A DNA stretch of 37,520 nucleotides from an uncultured Lachnospiraceae bacterium. Its GTDB lineage: Bacteria > Bacillota > Clostridia > Oscillospirales > CAG-272. Under the pieces are notes generated by a model. The model ran no database searches. It saw only the letters and a program-made list of their open reading frames with translations, and was not told where the DNA came from. Of the stretch, positions 1-7,462 are shown piece after piece (the stretch's first letter is position 1; every line of letters begins with the position of its first letter). The DNA is taken from NCBI GenBank assembly GCA_964579815.1, contig CAZOHP010000003.1:1-37520 (forward strand), given 5' to 3'. The position numbers were made by a program, and so were the translations under genes.

Positions 1-2
1 TC

Positions 3-581
3 ATCGGCTCGCTCATAAAAAATCCCGGCGGCGGCATGGCCGAAACCGGCGGTTATATCGCCGGCACCAAGCGTGCCGTTGAATTGGCTTCCTATCGCTT
101 GACGTCGGTCGGTTGCGGTGCCGAGGTCGGCGCCTCCATGGGACAAAACAAGAGCATGTACAAAGGCCTGTTTTACGCCCCACACACCGTTGCCCAAGCC
201 CTCAGGAGCGCACATTTGGTCTCCTATCTTTTTGAAAAACTCGGTTGTACCGTTGAACCTCGTTGGTGCGATACCCGTTCGGATATCATTCAAACGGTCA
301 TCACCGGCTCGCCCGAAGGACTGTGCGCATTCTGCCACGGTATCCAAGCAGGCTCCCCCGTCGATTCGTTCGTCACCCCCGAACCTTGGGACATGCCCGG
401 CTACACCTCGCAGGTCATCATGGCGGCGGGCGCCTTCACGCAAGGCTCCTCCATTGAGATCAGCGCCGACGGCCCGTTGCGTCCTCCTTACACCGCTTAC
501 TATCAAGGCGGCCTGACCTATGAAAGCGCAAAGATCGGTATTCTCGCCGCGGCCGATCGTTTCATGCAGGATGAGCAGTGA
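3..581 (+). CDS. C-terminal part of a PLP-dependent Met-gamma-lyase / YnbB ('aluminium resistance') family protein; 5' end lies outside the window
   Basis: The frame is open from the window edge to the TGA at 579-581. Motifs GGYIAG, MPGY..VIMAAG.F.QGSSIE(I/L)SADGP.RPPY and YQGGLTYE match my memory of the YnbB/PF06838 C-terminus. Confidence 0.65.
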   Translation: MGSLIKNPGGGMAETGGYIAGTKRAVELASYRLTSVGCGAEVGASMGQNKSMYKGLFYAPHTVAQALRSAHLVSYLFEKLGCTVEPRWCDTRSDIIQTVITGSPEGLCAFCHGIQAGSPVDSFVTPEPWDMPGYTSQVIMAAGAFTQGSSIEISADGPLRPPYTAYYQGGLTYESAKIGILAAADRFMQDEQ

Positions 582-700
582 GCGGTCACAACCGCTCACC
601 GGCCACTCGTTACGAAAAATTTACTTATCTCGCGAGAAATCGACACGCTTTTTCGCTATACTGATACGGTACCGTAACTAAAAACGAAAGGTATAACCGA

Positions 701-1747
701 ATGAAACCTATTTTTTCACGTTTGCTGACGCTCTTGTTGCTCACCGCCCTGTTGCTTCTCTCTCTTGCCGCTTGCGGCAACAGCGGAGAAGACGAACTCC
801 CGGAAAACATGCAATACGCCACCGTAGACGGCGCGTATTACCGACTGTTTGTCCCAACCGATTGGAACTTGATGACCGGCATGGGCATATCGGGCGCTTA
901 CGCCTCCACACAAAATTACGCGGCCGTTTTTGTTCGCGACTATGACAATTCCGACGCGCTGACGTCTGAGGAATACGCCAAGTCCGTCCGCATGCCCGAC
1001 ATCACAGCCGTTTATTCGGACAATCAGTTGGGAGCGATCGCATGTTCAAACACAGTACTCGCAGGTCAAGCGGCCTGTCTGCTGGAATATACCGGCACGC
1101 GAGACCTTGTGACTTATCATGCAAGAGAAATCGTCTGCGCTTATGAGGGAAGAGTTCTCGTGCTGACCTACATCACGCAGATGGATCTGTTCGACGGCTA
1201 TCTCTCCGTTTATGACAGCGTGACCGCCAACTTCAAATTCAGCGATCAGCCCTATGTTGCGGACACGCCCGTCAACACCGTCAACACGGCCGCGCCGGCT
1301 CCCGACGGCATGATACTCGCTTCCAATGACGACGTTGCCTATCGTTTCTATGTCCCCGACACATGGACGCTCAACACGGCATTGCCGACCTCATCTGCCT
1401 ACGTTTCGGAAACAGATCGCTCCAATGTCGGCGTCACCGTCTATATGCCCGAAGTCGATCAAATGACCGCCGAGGAATACTGGGCGCAATGCGAAGCCGA
1501 GTACATCACCGTCATGAATGATTATACGTTGCTCTCGACCGCATCCGGTACGCTGGACGGTCGTCCTGCCAACACTTATATCTACTCGGCCGATATCGGC
1601 GGAACAACCTACCGATTTGCCCAAACCGTCGCCACCTACCGCGGCATGGTCTATACCGTCACCTACACCGCACTCGATGAAATGTTCGACAACCACATGG
1701 CCGCATATGAGCAAATCATCGCCGCCTTTGATTTCAGAGGCAATTGA
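701..1747 (+). CDS. Lipoprotein with two tandem PsbP/DcrB-like domains, function unknown
   Basis: Signal peptide with lipobox LSLAAC. An internal duplication is visible as YYRLFVPTDWNL and AYRFYVPDTWTLN, each followed by similar sequence blocks. Confidence 0.8.
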   Translation: MKPIFSRLLTLLLLTALLLLSLAACGNSGEDELPENMQYATVDGAYYRLFVPTDWNLMTGMGISGAYASTQNYAAVFVRDYDNSDALTSEEYAKSVRMPDITAVYSDNQLGAIACSNTVLAGQAACLLEYTGTRDLVTYHAREIVCAYEGRVLVLTYITQMDLFDGYLSVYDSVTANFKFSDQPYVADTPVNTVNTAAPAPDGMILASNDDVAYRFYVPDTWTLNTALPTSSAYVSETDRSNVGVTVYMPEVDQMTAEEYWAQCEAEYITVMNDYTLLSTASGTLDGRPANTYIYSADIGGTTYRFAQTVATYRGMVYTVTYTALDEMFDNHMAAYEQIIAAFDFRGN

Positions 1748-1761
1748 CAAAGGACGATCAG

Positions 1762-2925
1762 ATGGATTACATTTATTTGGATAACAGCGCCACCACGGCG
1801 CTCTGCCCCGCCGCTCTAGCCAAATGGAACGAGGCCGCCGGCATTTACGGCAACCCCTCTTCCTTGCACCATGCCGGTCGCGAAGCCGCTGCGTTGCTGA
1901 CCGAGGCACGCGTCTCGGTTGCCCGCTCGCTCGGAGTGCGCAATCTCTCTCCGGGCGAACTCATCTTCACATCCTGCGGAAGCGAAGCGGACAGCACCGC
2001 AATCCTCGGTGTGGCACATGCCAAAGAGCGCCGCGCTTTCAATCGCATCGTCACCACAGACGCCGAGCACCCTGCAGTGGAAAATGTCATGCGGCAACTT
2101 GAAAAAGAGGGCTTTGAAGTCATCCGCATCTCGACTGCGGGCGGCGCGCTCGACCCGGATCAGCTTGACCGCGCGCTGAACGAACATGTCCTGCTGGTCA
2201 GCATGATGATGGTCAACAACGAAACCGGTGCACTTTTTGACCTCAAAACCGCTTTCGCCATGGCACGCGCGCGCAATCCGCATGTCGTCACCCATACCGA
2301 CGCCGTCCAAGGTTATCTCAAGCACCGCTTCACTCCCGCCTCGCTCGGCGCCGATCTGGTCAGCATCAGTGCTCACAAAGTGCACGGCCCCAAAGGCGTC
2401 GGAGCGCTTTACATCAATCCCACTCTGCTCAAAACCAAACAGATCGTGCCGTTTTTGGTCGGCGGCGGACAGGAAAACGGGCTTCGCTCGGGCACCGAAA
2501 ATGTACTCGGCATCGCCGCTTTCGGTGCGGCCGTTGCTCATCTCTATCCCCGCATGGCAGAGGACATCGCCCACATGCGCGCGTTGCGCGACCGCGCTGT
2601 TGAACGCGTCGGCGAACTCAACATCGCCGTGAAAACGCCCGTCGACTGTGCGCCGCACATCATCAATCTGACATTGCCCGGCATCAAAAGCGAAACCATG
2701 TTGCATCATCTGGACGCAAAGGGAATCTGCGTTTCAAGCGGCTCCGCTTGTTCTTCGCATGCCCGCAACCTCAGCCGCGCGCTGATTGCTTTCGGTTGTA
2801 CCGAGCGCGAGGTCGATTGCTCGCTGAGAGTGAGCCTTTGCCCGGACAACACCGAGCAGGATATCGACGCCCTCGTTGACGGATTGAAAGACGGCCTTAC
2901 CCGCCTAATTCACATCAAAAACTAA
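1762..2925 (+). CDS. nifS: Cysteine desulfurase, NifS/IscS family
   Basis: N-terminus MDYIYLDNSATT, PLP-lysine motif SISAHKVHGPKGVGALY, and SSGSACSS with the catalytic Cys. I prefer the ATG at 1762 (AAAGGA RBS 7 nt upstream) over the TTG at 1744. Confidence 0.9.
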   Translation: MDYIYLDNSATTALCPAALAKWNEAAGIYGNPSSLHHAGREAAALLTEARVSVARSLGVRNLSPGELIFTSCGSEADSTAILGVAHAKERRAFNRIVTTDAEHPAVENVMRQLEKEGFEVIRISTAGGALDPDQLDRALNEHVLLVSMMMVNNETGALFDLKTAFAMARARNPHVVTHTDAVQGYLKHRFTPASLGADLVSISAHKVHGPKGVGALYINPTLLKTKQIVPFLVGGGQENGLRSGTENVLGIAAFGAAVAHLYPRMAEDIAHMRALRDRAVERVGELNIAVKTPVDCAPHIINLTLPGIKSETMLHHLDAKGICVSSGSACSSHARNLSRALIAFGCTEREVDCSLRVSLCPDNTEQDIDALVDGLKDGLTRLIHIKN

Positions 2926-2943
2926 CCGCGAAAGGAGTTATCC

Positions 2944-4014
2944 ATGGGAATTATCTGCCGTTTATTCGAGCATAAGTACGGCGAAAACGATATTTGCACC
3001 CGTTGCGGTACCTCGCGCGGCAGCAAGGGATTAAAATACAGAAAAACCGCCGACAAAAAAAGTTACGCTGTGGTCGGTGCGGGCAAATGTCGCGACGAAA
3101 TCGTTTCCATCCCCCGGTTCTATCAAAACAAGCCGGTCACCGAGATCGGCGCGGGGGCGTTTTCTGGCTACGATATCTCGTGTGACGTCATATTGCCGCC
3201 AAGCATCACAAAAATCGGTCGCGCGGCCTTTCGCCGTTCCGCCCTGCGGCACATTCATTTTTCCGACACTCCCTGTGCCCTGGGCGAAGCGGTGTTTGCC
3301 GGATGTACCCAATTGCAAGAGGCGACATTGCCGCTCGGCATCACCGCCATTCCCGATTCCGCCTATAGCGGTTGCACCGCGCTGACCGAGGTCGCGCTGC
3401 CGGAAAGCGTGACTGCCATCGGCAACCATGCGTTCTCTCTGTGCGCTTCCTTGCGGCATATCACCTATTCGGATGCCATGCTTTCCCTCAGCGCATTCGC
3501 TTTTCGCGGATGTACGGCCCTTGAGACGATCCGTCTGCCCAAAGGCATGACAACGTTACCCGCTTACCTATTGACCGGTTGCGAAACACTCCGATCACTG
3601 GACATTCCCGAAAGCATTACGGCTGTCGGCGAATACGCGTTGGCGGGATGCCTCAACCTCGCGGCGATCGTGTTGCCGGACGGCGTTACCTCCGTCGGTT
3701 CGGGAGCATTCTGCGATTGTGCCTGCATAACATCATTTCGATTTCCCGCCTCGCTGACCGACTTTGTGCCCAATGCAAACGGTGACGGCGATGTGTTCCG
3801 CGGTTGCACCGCTTTGCGAGAAATTCACATGCATACCAATTTCAAGCATTTTCCAACCGGAATGTTCGCCGATTGCTCCTCGCTCACGGATATCTACCTG
3901 GACAACGGAAAATCGCCCGATTGGCGGGACATCCGCAAAGACGCCGACTTCGATAGCGGCTCCGGTACCTATATCGTCCATTTGGTCAACGGAAGAATAC
4001 GAAAAGGAAGTTAA
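2944..4014 (+). CDS. BspA-type leucine-rich-repeat protein with no signal peptide and an N-terminal Cys/His knuckle
   Basis: Repeated ~23-aa units of the form (I/L)P.S(V/I)T.IG..AF.GC..L, an AAAGGAG RBS, and N-terminal CRLFEHKYGENDICTRCG. Confidence 0.8.
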   Translation: MGIICRLFEHKYGENDICTRCGTSRGSKGLKYRKTADKKSYAVVGAGKCRDEIVSIPRFYQNKPVTEIGAGAFSGYDISCDVILPPSITKIGRAAFRRSALRHIHFSDTPCALGEAVFAGCTQLQEATLPLGITAIPDSAYSGCTALTEVALPESVTAIGNHAFSLCASLRHITYSDAMLSLSAFAFRGCTALETIRLPKGMTTLPAYLLTGCETLRSLDIPESITAVGEYALAGCLNLAAIVLPDGVTSVGSGAFCDCACITSFRFPASLTDFVPNANGDGDVFRGCTALREIHMHTNFKHFPTGMFADCSSLTDIYLDNGKSPDWRDIRKDADFDSGSGTYIVHLVNGRIRKGS

Positions 4015-4024
4015 AAAATCGACA

Positions 4025-4054
4025 GGGGGAAACATCTCGAAAGACGTTTCCCCC
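4025..4054. terminator. Hairpin terminator between the convergent LRR gene and azlD
   Basis: GGGGGAAAC...GTTTCCCCC stem. A T-run follows on the minus-strand reading (TGTCGATTTTTT). Confidence 0.6.
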
Positions 4055-4072
4055 ATTGTATCGCTATTTCCA

Positions 4073-4408
4073 TCAAAATACCACCTGCACAAGCAACATG
4101 TAACAGACAACGCCGCAGCCGATGCTGAGTAATGAATTGTGTCGCCAAAAATGAAGAGCGGCCGTCAAGACGCAGGCGATCAACTCCGGCAAACCGTACG
4201 GATAGGTTACAACCGAAACGTTGCGCAGACAGTAAACAATCAACATTCCCATAACGGCATGCGGCAACACCTCGCCCAGCACAAGCAAAAAGCGAGGCGT
4301 TTTCCTTTTGCCGCTAAACAGCAACTCGGGTAAAAACCGAAGTACAAGGTTCACCGCACCGATCACCACCAAAGTAAGCAGTGCGTGCGTGGTGTCAACG
4401 ATCGGCAT
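4073..4408 (-). CDS. azlD: Branched-chain amino acid transporter small subunit AzlD
   Basis: About 111 aa and very hydrophobic. It overlaps the azlC stop by 14 nt, the usual azlCD arrangement. Start taken at the internal ATG at 4408 (MPIVDTTHALL...). Confidence 0.75.
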   Translation of the reverse strand: MPIVDTTHALLTLVVIGAVNLVLRFLPELLFSGKRKTPRFLLVLGEVLPHAVMGMLIVYCLRNVSVVTYPYGLPELIACVLTAALHFWRHNSLLSIGCGVVCYMLLVQVVF

Positions 4409-5135
4409 TCGCCGTTCCCTCCTCTCTCTCTTTGCGCAGGCGGTCACGGTTGAGCCATGTCAGCGCCAATGTAATAATCAGCATGGTCGGAATCAAAAAA
4501 TTCTGCGAGCCGAATATCAACAGACAAACGAATGCCGAACCAAAGCCGATCAACACCGGCGCATGAGTCTTGTCCGCCGTCCATTGGTCAACAAAAATCG
4601 TCACAAACAGCGCCGTCAACGCAAAATCAATGCCCTCGCTGTTAAAGGGAAGCACCGTCCCGACCAGCGCCCCGATGGCACTGCCGATAATCCAATACAT
4701 GTGATCAAACAACGTGACAAAAAAGAAATACGAATATTGGTCCACATCGCGCGGCGCTTCCTTACCGCAAATGAGGGAGTAGTTTTCGTCGGTCAGCGCA
4801 AACAGCATATAAGGCTTGCTTTTTTTCAAAGGGCGATACAGTTCGATCACCGAAATTCCGTAGAACAGGTGCCGCGCATTGACCATCAACGAGGTCAGTG
4901 CCGTAGTCAACAGCGACGCACCGCCCGCAATCAATTCCACTGCCAAATATTGCATGGAGCCGCTGTAAATAAACACACACATGCACACAACCCAAGGCAG
5001 TCCCAACCCTGTTTTGGTATACATCAGCACGCCGAAGCCAAGCCCCAAAAACAAATATCCGACCAATACGGGCACGGTATCGATCAGCGCCCGCCGCATG
5101 GCCGGCGTCACAATATCATTCTTATCAGCGCTCAA
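4395..5135 (-). CDS. azlC: AzlC family branched-chain amino acid permease subunit
   Basis: Polytopic membrane protein (ALIDTVPVLVGYLFLGLGFG...). TTG at 5135 lies 9 nt after AAGGAGG; the ATG at 5099 is an alternative. The longer ORF reaching 5213 runs into the tRNA terminator. Confidence 0.75.
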   Translation of the reverse strand: MSADKNDIVTPAMRRALIDTVPVLVGYLFLGLGFGVLMYTKTGLGLPWVVCMCVFIYSGSMQYLAVELIAGGASLLTTALTSLMVNARHLFYGISVIELYRPLKKSKPYMLFALTDENYSLICGKEAPRDVDQYSYFFFVTLFDHMYWIIGSAIGALVGTVLPFNSEGIDFALTALFVTIFVDQWTADKTHAPVLIGFGSAFVCLLIFGSQNFLIPTMLIITLALTWLNRDRLRKEREEGTANADR

Positions 5136-5191
5136 ATGTACGCGCCTCCTTTGCAATTCCAACGAGCGACAATATGTTTCTCTGAAACTTG

Positions 5192-5222
5192 AAAAAGGCA
5201 CTTGCATACACAAGCGCCTTTT
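5192..5222 (-). terminator. Intrinsic terminator immediately after tRNA-Thr
   Basis: The minus-strand RNA reads GGCGCUUG-UGUAUG-CAAGUGCC followed by UUUUU. Confidence 0.75.
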
Positions 5223-5298
5223 TGGAGCTGGTGGCCGGACTCGAACCGGCGACCTGCTGATTACGAATCAGCTGCTCTACCAACTGAGCCACACCAGC
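5223..5298 (-). tRNA. tRNA-Thr (anticodon CGU), CCA encoded
   Basis: Reverse complement is GCTGGTGTGGCTCAGTTGGTAGAGCAGCTGATTCGTAATCAGCAGGTCGCCGGTTCGAGTCCGGCCACCAGCTCCA. It folds as a 76-nt cloverleaf with anticodon loop TTCGTAA. Confidence 0.95.
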
Positions 5299-5322
5299 GA
5301 GCGAAATCTGCTCAACATTGTT

Positions 5323-5351
5323 ATTATACCACACCTTTTCGAGAAATGCAA
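5323..5351 (-). promoter_or_regulatory. Sigma-70 promoter for tRNA-Thr
   Basis: On the minus strand: TTGCAT, 17-nt spacer, TGgTATAAT. The -10 ends about 25 nt upstream of the tRNA 5' end. Confidence 0.75.
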
Positions 5352-5420
5352 GAGGTTTTTTCGGATTTTTGAAATTTTTTCAAAAAAGATTGATCGGCAA
5401 CTCATTTTCAGCCCCCGCAC

Positions 5421-5449
5421 TTGATTTTTGTGACTCTTTATGGTATACT
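5421..5449 (+). promoter_or_regulatory. Sigma-70 promoter for rsmA
   Basis: TTGATT, 17-nt spacer, TGgTATACT, located 38 nt upstream of the rsmA ATG. Confidence 0.7.
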
Positions 5450-5486
5450 GAGATGTATTTTAAGACACACGGAGGACTATGCCAAT

Positions 5487-6377
5487 ATGAATCTTTGCGA
5501 CCTGCGCGAGATCAAGCAAATCATGAATATGTTCCATTTGAGTTTTCGCAAGGAATTCGGGCAGAATTTTCTCACCGACCGCGACGTGGTCGAGGACATC
5601 GCCTGCCATGCCTGCCCCGATCCCGACACCACCATCCTTGAGATCGGCCCCGGAATCGGCACACTGTCGCAAATGCTGTGTGAGCGCTACCGCCGCGTCA
5701 TCGCGTTGGAGATCGATCAAGGCTTGATTCCCGTGCTGAACTTCACCATGGGTGATTACCGAAATTTTTCCGTCATCAACGAGGACGTCATGCGGACCGA
5801 TCTGAGCGCATTGCTCGCTCCCGCTTTCTCGGAAGGGCGCGTGTCGGTGTGCGCCAATCTCCCTTATTATATCACCACCCCCATTCTTATGAAATTGCTG
5901 GAAAGCGGGTTGCCGTTTGATTGCATCACCGTCATGGTTCAAAGCGAGGTAGCCGACCGGCTGTGTGCCCGCGCAGGCAAGTCGGAGTACGGTGCCATCA
6001 CGGCTGTGCTTGCCTATTACGGCGTTGCGGAACCGCTTTTTACCGTCCCCGCCGATCGCTTTGTCCCCGCCCCCAAGGTCAATTCCACCGTCGTACGCAT
6101 CCGCCTGTATCGTGAACGACCGTATCATCCCAAAAACGAAGCGTTCATGTTTCGCACTATTCGTGCCGCATTTGAGCAGCGCCGCAAAACGCTATCCAAC
6201 GCCCTCTCGGCAGGGCTCGGCGGCCTATCCAAGGAGCAGTTGACCGATATCATCGTTGCCTGCGGCCATCGCTCGGACATTCGCGGCGAGCGCTTGGATA
6301 TTGCCGATTTTGTCCGCTTATCGGACGCCATCTACGATGCCATGCAAAGCGCTCCCATAAAGGAGGAGTTCCAATGA
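5487..6377 (+). CDS. rsmA: 16S rRNA (adenine1518/1519-N6)-dimethyltransferase
   Basis: FGQNFL motif, SAM-binding ILEIGPGIGTLS, and NLPYYITTPI. ATG at 5487 follows a GGAGG at 5471. Confidence 0.93.
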   Translation: MNLCDLREIKQIMNMFHLSFRKEFGQNFLTDRDVVEDIACHACPDPDTTILEIGPGIGTLSQMLCERYRRVIALEIDQGLIPVLNFTMGDYRNFSVINEDVMRTDLSALLAPAFSEGRVSVCANLPYYITTPILMKLLESGLPFDCITVMVQSEVADRLCARAGKSEYGAITAVLAYYGVAEPLFTVPADRFVPAPKVNSTVVRIRLYRERPYHPKNEAFMFRTIRAAFEQRRKTLSNALSAGLGGLSKEQLTDIIVACGHRSDIRGERLDIADFVRLSDAIYDAMQSAPIKEEFQ

Positions 6378-7462
6378 AATTGATCCATTGCGGTGACTTT
6401 CATCTCGATGCGAAAATGGAAACCGGGCTGGACCCCATCCGTGCACGCGAGCGCAAAAACGAACTGCTCATGACATTCACGCATATCATCGAAACGGCCG
6501 TTGAGCATCATGCATCCGCCATCCTCTTGGCAGGAGACCTATTTGACACGGCACGCGTGAGCGAAAAGACCCGCCGCTACGTCGGTGATGCGATCGCCGC
6601 TCACCCCACGTTGCGATTTTTGTCCGTTGCGGGCAACCACGACGAATGCGTTTCTCCTATTTTTCCCGATCAAAACCCTCCCGCCAACTGGCATGCGTTT
6701 CCCGCCGACACATGGGATAGTGTCATGCTTGATGAACAGGTGGTCGTCAGCGGCACCGCCGGGCTTGATCGCCCCAGCATATTGAACGAACTGCCCCATC
6801 CCTCCCCCGATCTGTTCCACATCGTGTTGCTGCACGGTCAGGTCGTGCGCGGCAACGAGACCGGCGCAGACCGCATTCCGCTGGGAGCGCTGATGCAGCA
6901 GGGCATCGACTATCTGGCGCTGGGCCACGAGCACAGTTTTCGCTGTGAAATGTTGGACACACGCGGAATGTGGGCTTATGCCGGCTGCCCGGAAGGGCGC
7001 GGCTTTGACGAATGCGGCAACAAGGGCTGTATTTTATTGGATACCGAACAGGCGCGCGATGCCCGCGTCACACGTCTGCTCACCGCCAAACGCACGCTGC
7101 ACGAAATTCCCGTCGCGCTGGATGATTGCACCGGATTCGGCGATATTCAAAGATGTGTCGAGACCGCAGTCACGCATCTTCCCACCAAGGATATGGTCAA
7201 GGTGGTGTTGACGGGAGCGGTTCCGCCGGAACTGCCTCGTGATGTTGTTCATTTGCGACAACTGTTAAATGAGCGCTTTTATTTTGCCCGTGTCAAGGAT
7301 GATTGTCGTCTGCTCATCCGACCGGAAGAGTATTTGGGCGACATTTCGCTCAAGGGTGAATTTATCCGCACCGTGCTTGCCTCGTCGCTCTCGGACGATC
7401 AAAAGCAACGCACCATCGCATGCGGATTGCGCGCGTTGCGCGGCGAGGAGGTAGACGCATGA
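6374..7462 (+). CDS. SbcD-like metallophosphoesterase / DNA repair exonuclease (YhaO/SbcF type)
   Basis: MKLIHCGDFHLD, LLAGDLFD, AGNHD and LLHG motifs. The start overlaps the rsmA stop (ATGA) and is translationally coupled to the downstream ATPase. Confidence 0.85.
   Translation: MKLIHCGDFHLDAKMETGLDPIRARERKNELLMTFTHIIETAVEHHASAILLAGDLFDTARVSEKTRRYVGDAIAAHPTLRFLSVAGNHDECVSPIFPDQNPPANWHAFPADTWDSVMLDEQVVVSGTAGLDRPSILNELPHPSPDLFHIVLLHGQVVRGNETGADRIPLGALMQQGIDYLALGHEHSFRCEMLDTRGMWAYAGCPEGRGFDECGNKGCILLDTEQARDARVTRLLTAKRTLHEIPVALDDCTGFGDIQRCVETAVTHLPTKDMVKVVLTGAVPPELPRDVVHLRQLLNERFYFARVKDDCRLLIRPEEYLGDISLKGEFIRTVLASSLSDDQKQRTIACGLRALRGEEVDA

Noticed and set aside
578-599. Perfect 9-bp hairpin GTGAGCGGT-CACA-ACCGCTCAC overlapping the stop codon of the first gene, considered as a terminator.
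   Set aside because: No T-tract follows it, so I cannot support an intrinsic-terminator call. It may still slow transcription or stabilise the mRNA.
4308-5192. Long plus-strand ORF (294 aa) opposite azlC/azlD. Similar long antisense ORFs occur at 8094-8900, 20273-21562, 29286-31136 and 34246-36180.
   Set aside because: Their translations are R/A/G/P/H-rich low-complexity sequences, typical of shadow frames in GC-rich DNA. Each lies entirely opposite a gene with clear family motifs and an RBS.
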